Source of the DNA: Octopus sinensis
Taxonomy: Eukaryota
Length of the DNA: 64,000 nucleotides
Assembly: GCF_006345805.1 (NCBI RefSeq)
Contig: NC_042997.1
Location: 118,358,001 to 118,422,000, forward strand
Reading direction: 5' to 3'
Shown here: piece by piece, positions 1-11,457 of the stretch
How positions within the stretch are numbered: the first letter of the stretch is position 1
Layout: the number at the start of each line of letters is the position of its first letter
The notes under the pieces: model-generated
Seen by the model: only the letters and a program-made list of their open reading frames with translations
Told to the model about the DNA's origin: nothing
The model's database searches: none
Translations under genes and position numbers: made by a program

Positions 1-430
1 ATTATTTTTTTATTCTATCGCAATTTGATTGTTTACATATTTCTCGATAAATTATGAGCGCCAGGCGATATACCAGAATTCCCTAGTGTTGTGGACGTTC
101 GGAGTCTGCGCAGTGATATGATTAGTTAGGAAGAGTAACTCATTAGACGCACATGCTTCTAGTGAGTTAGGATCCCAGAAAAACAGGGTCTCACTGATGA
201 ATTCTCCCTGGGCAAATAAATATCTGTTTGCTGAATTAGAAAGAAACTGCAGTCTGAGAATTTTCCGGTTTAGTAAATGTTTTTATCTTCATTTCACTTA
301 ATTTATCAAGCTTCTGTATTCCTAGCACATATTTCGCCTTAATGTACTGATATATGAAAAATATATGGCTTGTGTTAGTAATACCAGCGATTATAATTAT
401 TTTTTTATTCTATCGCAATTTGATTTGTTT
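1..430. repeat. Direct repeat with 395-bp period enclosing the hammerhead
   Basis: 1-30 ATTATTTTTTTATTCTATCGCAATTTGATT is identical to 396-425. The second copy runs into (TA)n. Confidence 0.7.
189..259 (+). ncRNA. Type I hammerhead ribozyme motif with long stem II
   Basis: Stem I TCTCA(189-193)/TGAGA(255-259); CTGATGA 194-200; stem II TTCT/AGAA plus GGCAAATA/TGTTTGCT; GAAA 243-246; stem III AC-TGCA-GT (palindrome ACTGCAGT); GUC site 252-254. The 10.1/11.1 pair is an A.A mismatch. Confidence 0.75.
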
Positions 431-526
431 ATATATATATTATATATATATATATATATATCCCTTCATTTATATCTATCTATATATACATATACATATA
501 TATATGTATATATATCCCTTCATCTA

Positions 527-578
<52 letters not shown>

Positions 579-581
579 CTC

Positions 582-634
<53 letters not shown>

Positions 635-695
635 ATATATATATATATATAATATATATATATATATATTATATATATATATTATATATATATAT
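430..695. repeat. Compound (TA)n/(TATC)n microsatellite
   Basis: Direct inspection; explains ORFs 354-652. Confidence 0.95.
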
Positions 696-1171
696 GATGG
701 TCATCTTAATAGCTTCTCAATAAATACGCACTGTCTATGGGCTAGTTACGGTAGTACAATGTATATTGATTATGATGCACAGATGGTTATTTTAATTAAG
801 TACTGCTTCAATTACGTTTACTGGTTAATGTATATCTTATATACGAGCGTGAACACACACACACCACACACACCACACACACACCACACACACTCACACA
901 CACACACACGCACACACACATATATATATATGATGTATGTTTGTATGTCTATGTAATATGTAGAACGCTAACACTTCACTAAGTTTTTTTACCTTCAAAC
1001 ACTGTTACATGGAAACATCTACTGAAATTCAATTCCATGACGCGATGAATAATAACAATTTGATGTATAATACCGTATTTGATATTTATAATATAATATG
1101 GAAAAAATATTCAGTCTTATTATTATATTACTGAGAATATATATAAATAATGTTAGAAGCATGTGTAATTC

Positions 1172-1960
1172 AGGCGCAAGCGTGGCTTCCCAACCACATG
1201 GTTGCGTGTTCAGTCGCACTGCGTGGCACCTTGGGCAAGTTTCTTCTATTATAGTCTTGGGACAATGAAAGCCTTGTAAGTGGATTTCGTAGACGGAAAC
1301 TCAAAGACATGAATCTGGAGAAGAAGCACACTTTTTTTTAGAAAAAAACATAAATCTGAGGAAGAAACACACTTAAAGAAGTAGAGCAGTGTATATTTTT
1401 TCCTGGTGAAGGCCTGTTAATAGAGTTACCCTGGGTTTCCCGTCCATGAAGGGTTTAACTTTATGGCGCATCTTCAGACATATGACCTCTTTAAAATATG
1501 GAAGGCAATAGTCTAGATTATCTACTTTTGCTAATGGCTATCGACTTCTGGACGTGTTGCCACCGATCAACAATAAAGGTAAACAATAGGGGGTTAACTC
1601 CCTCTCCTGTTAGCCATCAACTTCCGTCGGTTCCGAAAAAGCCACTAGAAGTCTAAAATGCAGACATGGCCCAAAAATCTCCGTTCTGGAGTTAAGTATA
1701 GCCCCTTGCTCGATTGAGTCCCTCAGGATTCTCGTGCGTTCAGCGATGCATAGCTTGCAGCGATTCGTCCCGTTAATGTAGGGGCCTGTATAATTTGTGT
1801 GTCGATGTTTGTCCCTCCCTGCCACCATCAACGCTTGAGAACCGATGTTGGTGTGTTTACGCCCCCGTAACTTAGCGATTCGTTCGACTAAAGGCGGTGC
1901 GACAGCATGGCCGCAGTCAAATGACTGAAACCAATAAATGAATAAAAGAATAAAAGAATA
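1172..1960 (+). mobile_element. SINE family A split by a Penelope-like insertion (head 1172-1307, tail ~1796-1960)
   Basis: Head CAACCACATGGTT...GCGTGGCACCTTGGGCAAG and tail GGCCGCAGTCAAATGACTGAAAC match the full copies at 7537-7947 and 55207-55650. Confidence 0.8.
1390..1795 (-). mobile_element. Penelope-like element 3' fragment (GIY-YIG C-terminus plus decayed HHR)
   Basis: Translation YTGPYINGTNRCKLCIAERTRIL...AILNSRTEIFGPCLH fits the PLE endonuclease tail PY-N-RC-LC-E...LN-R-E...C-H. HHR-like core downstream at 1424-1481. Confidence 0.75.
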
Positions 1961-1996
1961 TATATATCTTCAGAAAGTGAAAATTCATTTAGCAAC

Positions 1997-2181
1997 AACA
2001 ATTGCAGCGTGGAAGGTGTTTATAAGCCATTTAAGAAACACACAAAACCGTTTGATTCACTTCAACATTTAAATTTAATTTGCCAAAATATTTCGTCGCT
2101 TTGAGAGGCTCCGGCAGGGGGTGGTGGCGACCCCTGTTGTATGTTAAATGGCTTATAAACACCTGCCACGCTGCAATTGTT
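1997..2181. mobile_element. MITE-like element with 38-bp terminal inverted repeats (TIRs)
   Basis: 1997-2034 AACAATTGCAGCGTGGAAGGTGTTTATAAGCCATTTAA versus 2144-2181, one mismatch. The interior holds a SINE B fragment (2105-2140). Confidence 0.8.
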
Positions 2182-2574
2182 TTTGTTCCAGCACACGATC
2201 TCAGATCAGGTCACTCGCTGTGCAAGTACATCTCCAAAATTCATTTGAAGCTTTCTAAAGATTTAGTCATCAACAGAGGAAAATACATCACAAATTTGGG
2301 ATCTCATCGAGAATATATCTCCGTAGAGGTACAAACACGAATGTGTGGCTGATGATGAGCTTTCCAGCAATTATCGAAACCTGCTAATTATTTAATCTCT
2401 TCGTGTCTGTTCATGGAGAAACAAAAAATTGAATCTACAAACAATGCGTTCGATTACACATCACAGTGATGATGAAAATATTGTACAGTTGTTTATAAGG
2501 TACACCGTTTTGGGTTTCTGTCATTGAAAACTCACTGCTGTGAATCAACTATTAAATACACATGTGTTTCTGTG

Positions 2575-2585
2575 TGTCTGTCTGC

Positions 2586-2663
<78 letters not shown>

Positions 2664-2691
2664 GCCTGTTTGTCTGTCTGTCTGTCTATCC

Positions 2692-2727
<36 letters not shown>

Positions 2728-3016
2728 GCCTGTATGTATGCATGTATGTATTTGTATATATATATATATATGTGTGTATATGCATATATATGCACACTCA
2801 CATAGAGTGAGAGAGAGAGAGCGACCTTATTATAGCTTGTTATACACTCTTTAGCTCTCTTTACACGTAAATACACACATATGTGTGTATATAATATATA
2901 CATATACATATATATATATATTTACATACACACACACATATGTATATATACATATATATGCATATATTTGTGCGTGTATATAATATATATATGTGTATAT
3001 GAGGATGATGATGATG

Positions 3017-3059
<43 letters not shown>

Positions 3060-3360
3060 TATATATATTATATATATATATATATATGTACATGTATTTA
3101 TATATATACACACACACATATATAAATCCATATATATGTGTGTGTATACACATATGTACCTGTAACATACAACCATGTGCATACATGTGTTCCCTCTAGG
3201 TACGCATATAGTCGTATGTCTGAGAGTGTGTGTCTGTATGTGTATACCGATCTGTCTCGCATGTATGTATGTTTGTGCGAATATATGTTTATAACGTTTA
3301 CTAGTTTGTGTTTATGTGTATGTGTGTGTGCTGTTTGTGAGTATGTATCTGTGTGTGCCA
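2575..3360. repeat. Compound microsatellite field (TATC, TGTC, TA, GA, GAT, TG)
   Basis: Direct inspection; explains ORFs 2524-3380. Confidence 0.95.
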
Positions 3361-4101
3361 GCTTTATTATTTTTTTATAATGGGACTAGCAGTGATGTAG
3401 AGAATAATGAAAACCTATTTGTTATACAGCCTTAGAACAATTTCCCTAATGAAGAACGAAAAACGTGCAAATGGACACTACAATTAATAAATATATTAAT
3501 TAATTATTAGGCAGGTACTTAAGGGCTGCACTGGCATCAATTAACAGCAAATATCAGTTGACTCCATGTTGTTTAGATACCGACTGGTTAACAGCATTTA
3601 TCATCTGATCAAGTTCTCTGAATAATTAGTGAAGAAAGAAATTGATAAAACGTAATAAAACATCACGTGCATATGACGTGTTTAGATTATGAAACATTCA
3701 CGCAAATAAAACCCCAAAAAGATTAATTCCATTATTTACGGAAGGAAAAGCCTCAAGAAATATAAAAAAGAAAGTCACTAATGCAAATGGATGTTAGTTC
3801 AAACATTCTTGTTTTTTGTTGCTGTTGTTGTTGTTGTTGGTCGTGGTGGTGCTATCTTTAACATTTGAATTACAGAGAATACATGCATGTTTAATCATCA
3901 GCGCCCCAATAGGAAAATTCAGAATTGCTGTGAAATGATCATTAACTACTACCTTGATATTAAGAATGGCGATTTTTTTTTTAAATCGCCATATATTGTT
4001 GATGCAGTTTTTGCTGATGTTAGTATAATAATAATAACAAAAATAATACAAATAAAAATAACAACAACAACAACAATAATAATATTAATAACAACAACAA
4101 C

Positions 4102-4140
<39 letters not shown>

Positions 4141-4165
4141 TATTATTATTATTATTATTAGTTGT

Positions 4166-4380
4166 AAGGCGGTGAGCTGGCATAATGGTAAACACTTCGA
4201 ACAAAATGCTTAGCGGCATTTTGTTCATCTTTACATTTTGAGTTCAAATTCCGCAGGGGTCAATCTTGCTTTCTCCTTTCGACTGGATAAACTAATTTAT
4301 AGTTGAGAACTAGGGTCGATGCAATCGATTTCATCCCTCCCTTGAAATTGCTGGCGTTGTGCTTACAATAGAAAGGATTA
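4166..4380 (+). mobile_element. SINE family C, between (AAT/ATT)n tracts
   Basis: Head GGCGGTGAGCTGGCA...GAGTTCAAATTCCG (B box-like); matches the other C copies. Confidence 0.8.
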
Positions 4381-4384
4381 TTAC

Positions 4385-4418
<34 letters not shown>

Positions 4419-4620
4419 GAGGATGCATGGCCTAATATTCAGGGTGATGCGCTGACGATCGCGAGACCGTGATTTCAATTCCTAGATCGTGTGGTGCTTT
4501 GATCAAAACACTTCATCTCGCGTTGCTTTGCGACCACATCGGCACTTGACCGTTGTGTGGTACACCGTGCATCTGTTCAGATAACGTCGATTTGATGGAG
4601 AGAGTGATCAAATGTACAAC
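4419..4620 (+). mobile_element. Degenerate tRNA-derived SINE (B-like head)
   Basis: GAGGATGCATGGCCTAATATTCAGGG...GTGATTTCAATTCC resembles A and B boxes. Confidence 0.55.
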
Positions 4621-5008
4621 ACATACATCTGTATATGTTAAGTAATACAGTTACATAATTCATTTTGCTTCATTATTTTCTCTCCGTGGTTTTTGCTGTG
4701 AAGGTTTCGATCCTATGCCACGATCGAGAACCATTCAGTTTAAATTTAAGTCCTACACTTCACTATCAGTTTTGCGAATTTTCTTCATGTTTTCCCACTC
4801 TGATCATATTTGTTTTCTGTTATTGGCCCTTCCATCATTTTATCATGGCATTCCGTAGAACTATTTTCAGCTTAGCTGTCATATTTTATTTTGTAGCTTG
4901 CCCGTCGTTTCACAATACTCTGTTATTTTACTTCAGTCTTTGTTTTGTTTTTAAAAGCTTCCACGAAAACAGGAAATAGTGTTTTCTTATGTTTATTCTT
5001 GTCATAGC

Positions 5009-5319
5009 GGAGGCGCAATGGCCCAGTGGTTAGGGCAGCGGACTCGCGTTCGGAGGATCGCGGTTTCGATTCACAAACCGGGCGTTGTGTGTGTTTATTG
5101 AGCGAAAACACCTAAAAGCTCCCCGAGGCTCCGGCAGGGGGTGGTGGCGACCCCTGTTGTATACTTTCGCCACAACTTTCTCTCACTCTCTCTTCCTGTT
5201 TCTTGAGTAACGCTGCGTTTGACTGGCGTCCCGTCCAGCTGGTGGGCAACACATACGCCATAGAAACCGGGAAACCGGATCCATGAGCATGGCTAGGCTC
5301 GAAAAGGGTGACGAAAATA
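5009..5319 (+). mobile_element. SINE family B, full length
   Basis: A box TGGCCCAGTGG, B box GTTTCGATTC; 14-bp TSD ATTCTTGTCATAGC at 4995-5008 and 5320-5333. Confidence 0.92.
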
Positions 5320-5399
5320 ATTCTTGTCATAGCAACCCCAGTGTCTGCATTCATAATACTCCAAACGCATTCCTTCTTTTTCTGTTTATTGTTTATATC

Positions 5400-7330
5400 T
5401 AGAATTGCTGATACTTTCGCATCTAGGTCACATTTAAATGAAAAGCTGCAACATTTATTCGTATTGTGTGTTTTCCTTGTCTAAAATTTCCTTTTTAGAA
5501 CTTCCGCAAGTTATATATTATCCGCTTCATGGATTTCTAAGTATTTGTTAGTTTGTTTTTGTTGCATTTATATTATACCTATATTTATATATAGCATGAT
5601 ATCTTTATTCTAATTTCTTTAATAATTGTAATCTCAATTTTATATGAATTTAGCTAGAAAAATCTGTGTAATTTGTGCCACAGTGCTTCTAGTTATTTAT
5701 TATCTGCAGTGTACGACCAAGGATCGTTCTTAATATTGATAATTGTTTATTATACCATAGCATTTCATCTGAATCCAGTTCAGTTTAGCATGTTCAGTAA
5801 AGTTGTTAGCACTGCCTAGGAAAACAGAGTGAGTCTCTGTAGGTTATTCCTTTTCTAATGGTTTAGAGATCTTTTGTTGTACCAGTAAAATTATTTGACA
5901 TTTACTCATGACATGTTTAAGGTATCTGCATATTATTGATGTTACCTTACCCATGTTTAATGTTCCAAGAAGCCATATAATGAATCAATAGCATTCTACA
6001 GCCTCCGATTAAGGCTTTGTTGATCAGTAATTGACCTTTACAACTATAAGAACCTTTGAAGCATCCATTCTATTCATCTACAAACTAGCAGTTCCCTTCA
6101 GTTCTCTTGATTCTTTGCCATGTTATTGCTGCTAAGGCTTTATAAGCTGTAGGTAGGTGGGTTATGGGTCTGTAGTTTTTGATGTGTAACTTTCCTCTTG
6201 GGTATTAAAAGGTGGTTCCACCTCGTTGTGAGCCAGTCAAGTGTTTCTGGTTTCCTCAATATCTTATGGAACGTCTCTGCTGGTACCTTATGCGATTAAA
6301 CATATTAAACAGAAGTTTGGAACCTTTGTCATGTCCTGGTCCTTTCCAGTTGTTCATTTTTAACAAAAAAAGTATTTGGTGTAATTTTTATGTTATTATG
6401 GCCTCTCGGTATTGTTCTTAAGTATTCGTTCGAACATTGTTATTTGCAGTCAGTGCTTTCCTGTACCCCATTCTACCTAATATCTTATACTTCCTTTTTA
6501 GTCGGTGCTGAATTGATGCCTATACAATTTCCATATAATGCTTGCTAAAATTATTTTCAGTTGAAGTTCAACGGTTTCTTTTGTCCAACGAATCGTCCTA
6601 CTTTCATACTGACAGACTCCTCTTTAATATTTCCCGAAGATCTTTTATTTTGTGCATCATCGATTTTAGATACTTCTTTTTCTCTTGTCATTGTCATAAT
6701 CCTCAATTATTTGTCTTTCCTTCCTTTCAGTTCTGTCGTTTTGCTATTGATTTCACTAGGGATAAAGAAAACTTTTGTCTTTCTATCAATTTCGTGTAAT
6801 ATTTGCTTTTCATGTTTGTTAGGGGTTTGAAGTTCTTATATGAATAGATCTGAAGGTAGATACATTTCCCTTTGTAACGATACTGGCTGCTGTATATATT
6901 ACTTTATTTTACATGATGATATTGATATTCTTGTCCGTTTTCATTAAGTCTGTGATGGCTAGGTTTGCAGTCTTTATTATTGTTGCTACTTTCATCACGA
7001 TTGCTGCCTATAACACTTAAATCATTCTCATATTCCAATTTCTTCATATCTTTGCCTAGGTACTTCTGGTTCGGATTTCTTGGTCAGTATTCTGTTAGGC
7101 GTTTTGAGGTTCGGTAATTCATTTAGATCTTCGTGATTTAAATTATCACTATCTTTGTCTTTTTTGTTTTATATTCGTCATTTTTAGGTTACATCTTCTG
7201 TATTTATCAGTTTCTGAGCTTTCTTGGTTTCTGAGATTGTGTCTTAAACTAGTTACTCTGTGCGGTACAGTAATAAATTTAAATTCAGGCTTTTTCTTCT
7301 CCAAATTTCACTGCAGTTTATTGACATAAT
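5400..7330 (-). mobile_element. Decayed R4/Dong-like non-LTR fragment (N-terminal region and RT)
   Basis: Minus-strand motifs WKGPGHD, NYRPITYLPTAYKAL, GCFKGSYSCKGQLLINKA, interrupted by stops and frameshifts. Confidence 0.8.
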
Positions 7331-7536
7331 TTCGTTTATTGAGTACAGTTTTCCACAAAATTATTATCTCACGAGTGTGGATGTTTACTTTTCCGTTTTA
7401 TTTGCTAGGGTTAAAGACTAAATCCATCACCGTCTACTTTTTCTGGGTACCAGTATATCTATTTTTGTTCATGTCGAGTTTTGTATGCTACATACTTTTC
7501 TACGCTTTTCTCAATCATCATATTTCGGTTAAACAT

Positions 7537-7947
7537 ACTCTTTACTCTTTTACTCTTTTACTTGTTTCAGTCATTTGACTGTAGCCATGCTGGAGCACCG
7601 CCTTTAGTCGAACAAATCGACCCCAGGACTTATTCTTTGTAAACCTAGTACTTATTCTATCGGTTTCTTTCGCCGAACCGCTAAGTTACGGGGACGTAAA
7701 TACACCAGCATCGTTTGTCAAGCGATGTGTGTGTGTGTGGATGGGTGGGGGTGGGTAAAAACACAGACACACAAACACACAAATATATATATATATATAT
7801 ATATACATATATACGACGGGCTTCTTTCAGTTTCCGTCTTCCAAATTCACTCGCAAGACACTTGCCCAATGTGCCATGCAGTGGGATTGAACCCGAAACC
7901 ATATGGTTAGTAAGCGAGCTACTTACCACACAGCCACTCCTGCACCA
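7537..7947 (-). mobile_element. SINE family A, full length
   Basis: tRNA-like head GGTGCAGGAGTGGCTGTGTGGTAAG...GGTTCAATCCC, central (TA)/(CA) tract, tail CAGTCAAATGACTGAAACAAGTAAAAG. Confidence 0.92.
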
Positions 7948-7964
7948 TAGTTAATATTTATAAT

Positions 7965-9125
7965 ATTAGTCACTTTTGGATGCAGACATGACTCATGTTG
8001 AAAAGAGCCGTTCTGCGGTTGTTCCTTTTGTCATCTACGATCATATTTGGTCTGCTGGCTTCAAAGCTTTGGTCAATCTCCTGGGAAAAATCTCGTAAAA
8101 TCTTGCTTTTATGATCCACTGTTACCTTTGCTCCTATTCATACCACTTTTCGTCATTTCGAACCCACAAACCTGGCTAAAAATCAATGTCAATGAAAGAA
8201 TTAATGAATTATTTCATTGACACAGTCATTCCTGCATTAATACTTACCTATTTTATGCTACTTTACTGTACCCACGAACTTATTAATGCTTTCGTCTTAT
8301 TTTCTACACATTCTGCATTTGCTCTGTGGCAAACATTGCTAATCTTTGTCTTTATCAAATTCATCCAAATGGCTCGTAGACAAGTGATTAAAATAAGGCT
8401 TTAGTGTTTTCTTTTTATACGTCTCTCTCTCAGTTCAAGCAGCGTTCCAATCACTGCATGAATTGACCACAGACCTCTTTGCATTTCTACTAGGTATTTC
8501 ACCTGTCTTATATCTTTCTATTCTTGAATTCTGTCATTGTTTCAGTGATGCTTTCGACATTTATATATCTGCAATTTAGTAAACGTTCTTCCCTATGTAC
8601 CGCGTATATCTTCAAACAAAAATTCACAGCCATGATAGTGACTTCTACATTTAACAAAACTCTGCATTCTTCCATTTTTGATTAGTAGAGTCTGTCGATT
8701 TTATCTTTAGGGTGGTATGCATTATGCGTGGCGATCAGCTTCCTAGTTTTTCTACACACTTCCCGTATCACTGTAATAATCCATTTAAAAAAGGTACAAT
8801 ATATCTGAACTTTTCTATAGCTTTCATGATCTTTTCTCCAATTAGTTTTCTTTGAGGCACCCTCCAATCCTGCCTCTTGTACTCACAGGTATTTTCTCTT
8901 TCATCTCCTTTCTCACTACCTTATCCTCTTGCAGCACTTATCAAACTTTTATCATTCTTCAGTGATCTAATGATACCGTCTTGTCGCGTCTTTTTACAAC
9001 TCAGACTTAATCTTTCGACCTCTCTTTATAATAAAAGCTACACACTCGTCTACCCTAACTGCATATAATTAATCTTGCTAAATATTCTTACTGTTTCGAT
9101 CAGAGAATTCAATCTTTTTTTAATT
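7965..9125 (-). mobile_element. Decayed R4/Dong-like fragment (RT C-terminus to endonuclease)
   Basis: RKTRKLIATHNAYHPKDKIDRLY (HP-x-D-x-DRLY motif) and KILRDFSQEIDQSFEASRPNMIVDDK (WDF...RPD motif). Confidence 0.8.
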
Positions 9126-9399
9126 TTTGAAGTAGAGTTTAAAATCATCCATAAATAGCAAATTATGTTTTCTCCCCGACCTTAGCAAACTTGCTCCAAA
9201 TGTTTTCACAGTAACGCATTCACAAAAAGTAACTGAGACGGCGAATCTTCAAGGTATATTCCCGTCCGTATTTTTATATTTGACCAAAAATGGCTTGAAA
9301 GTCATAACATGCCGGCAGGAAAATAACATCACTAGGTGAGACAAGCTGACACTGAATTGACAGGCGTCGGTCTCGTTTAGAGAATGCGTGGGCTAAGAC

Positions 9400-9760
9400 T
9401 ACGCGCCTTCATTGGTCAGTTAAAACCGAGACAGTGTCACGTGACAACTTGCTGGGGCTGCCTGCTGGAGCCTAGCAGCAGGTATTTAAAAGGAAGTTTG
9501 ACAAGGCAGTCATTCGCCCGCTGACACTTGTTGACGCTACATCGTAGAGGCCAGGGAACAGAAGAAAGAAGAAAGAAGACATGCACCCAACACCAGAGCT
9601 GAAGACACCTCCGAAAGGGAGGGGGCGCCACGTCAAAACGGTAGAGGAATAGGGGCCGAAACCGGACGTGGTTCCTCCTGATAATGTCTTGAGCTAACTG
9701 GATCCTATAAAGGAGCTGTTGTGGTAGCAGACCATGAAACACGGTTGAAATTCCTTCCTT
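9400..9760 (+). other. GC-rich LTR/pLTR-like segment with promoter-like motifs
   Basis: ATTGG, TCACGTGAC and TATTTAAAAG in order. Markedly more GC-rich than its flanks and lies between two collinear R4 fragments. Confidence 0.3.
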
Positions 9761-9789
9761 GATGATCCACTTCTGAATTTTACTTTTGA

Positions 9790-10310
9790 CGTTCTGCAAT
9801 CACGTAGCTGTTTCAAATATGCTGTTAAACTTCACATAGAGCACGAGTGTCCTTGGACACTCCGAAAGATAATAGTGTAGATAATTATCACATGGCTTGT
9901 TGTAGTCTATCTAACCAACACCTTAGTTCTTTCTGATTCGTACGTTACTTAGCATCAATAGTTTCTGCGCATCACATTTGCTCTTCTGTAACTATTTTCT
10001 CCTCTAGAAATCTATACAGTTCATATTTCGAGTCCACTTAATTTTTCGAGAAACGGTATGTAATGAGCTTATAATTGCCGACGTATTTTCTCTTTATCTG
10101 TCCATTAAACACTGTCCATAATAATATGTTGGCGTTCCATTTTCTATACAATCAGCAAAACAATCTTACATATGGCGACACGTATTTGCGTGATTTTTAA
10201 GTGAAAGTCCTTGAAGACCATTAGGGCCAGGAGTGTTCCAGTTTGTTATCGTTTCAGGCATCTTTTTACATTGTCTCTTCTGCAGTGTTTGACTTCTATT
10301 GCAATTACAG
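9790..10310 (-). mobile_element. Decayed R4/Dong-like RT N-terminal fragment
   Basis: TNWNTPGPNGLQG, NYKLIT, FLEEKIVTEEQ and a DY-KA-like motif. Abuts the (CTA/CTG)n array. Confidence 0.7.
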
Positions 10311-10314
10311 TAAC

Positions 10315-10316
10315 GA

Positions 10317-10356
<40 letters not shown>

Positions 10357-10431
10357 ATGCTGCTGCTGCTATTACTACTACTACTACTACTGCCACTACT
10401 ACTACTACTGCTGCTGCTGCTGCTATTACTA

Positions 10432-10463
<32 letters not shown>

Positions 10464-10518
10464 ACTACTACTACTACTACTACTACTACCACTACTACTA
10501 CCACTACTGCTGCTGCTG

Positions 10519-10556
<38 letters not shown>

Positions 10557-10682
10557 GCTGCTGCTGTCGCTGCTACTACTACTACTGCTGCTGCTACTAC
10601 TACTACTGCTGTTGTCGCTGCTACTACTACTACTGCTGTTGCCAATGCCACTACTACTACTACTACTACTACAACTACTGCC
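10315..10682. repeat. Mosaic (CTA)n/(CTG)n trinucleotide array
   Basis: Direct inspection; explains the poly-L, poly-S and poly-V/A ORFs. Confidence 0.95.
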
Positions 10683-10699
10683 TAACACAACAACTTTAC

Positions 10700-11445
10700 T
10701 GGGAAATGTAACAAGGTATCAACTGTCCACAAACAGTGAACTATTGCAACACTATCTTTATAAAATGTTTTCGTCATTAAGCACTAAGGGTTTAAAAACA
10801 TCGGGGACGGTGCAAGACAGTGCAATGAGGCATGGAACAATAAGATGCTCAAAATCAGGGTTTATGAAGAATGCATTCTGAGCGTCGCTCCTCTATAGAT
10901 TAGACACCTTGACACTATAACAGAGGACAAGAGAAGAAGTTCAATGTCTTTCATCTGAGATGCTTGCGCAAGATCCTTGACATCAACTGGTACCACTTCC
11001 GAACATGGTAACAATTCTATGCAAAATGAGATCAAGACGGCTTCAACATGTGAAGCATATGGATGATAATAAAGTTCCCAAGGAGTCGTTATATGGCGAG
11101 TTGGCTCAGGACGGACGACCCAAATGACGATAAAAGCTGAGATTCAAAGACACATGTAAGAGCAGCTTGAGCAAGCGCCACACCGAATTGGGAAAGTTTG
11201 CTGAAGACTGAACAGTATGGAGAACTTCAGAGTACAAAGGAGTCAAACAGCGCGAAGGATAAAGCATCCTGGCCCCTGAAGCAGAATGTCAAGGAAAAAA
11301 AGGAAAACACTGCAGTACATTTGCTTGCAGATTTTGCAACAAAACTTGCTCAGCAGAAATAGGAAGGATCTACCATGAGAGAAGCTGCAGAAAGAAGACT
11401 ACGAGTACCTAATTAAGACAGTCTTCGCTACTTAGGCTGTCCATC
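10700..11445 (+). mobile_element. Decayed RTE-clade LINE 3' fragment
   Basis: KIRVYEECILS, FHLRCLRKILDINW, HMDDNKVPKESLYGEL, LRFKDTCK, and terminal C2H2-like FACRFCNKTCSAEIGRIYHERSC. Confidence 0.85.
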
Positions 11446-11457
11446 AAGGTGAAAATG

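Noticed and set aside
2345-2392. CTGATGA...GAAAC motif with an outer ACACGAA/TTCGTGT helix
   Set aside because: No proper stem I and a mismatched stem III; at best a heavily decayed HHR.
5009-5085. tRNA-like sequences at SINE heads
   Set aside because: They have A and B boxes but no complete cloverleaf and continue into SINE bodies, so they are not tRNA genes.
9084-9108. ATTCT-CTGATC-GAAAC-A-GTA-AGAAT on the minus strand
   Set aside because: No stem II, and it lies in R4 coding sequence; probably chance.
9186-9253. AG...GT segment with one open frame (KLAPNVFTVTHSQKVTETANLQ)
   Set aside because: Short, unrecognised, and embedded among TE fragments.
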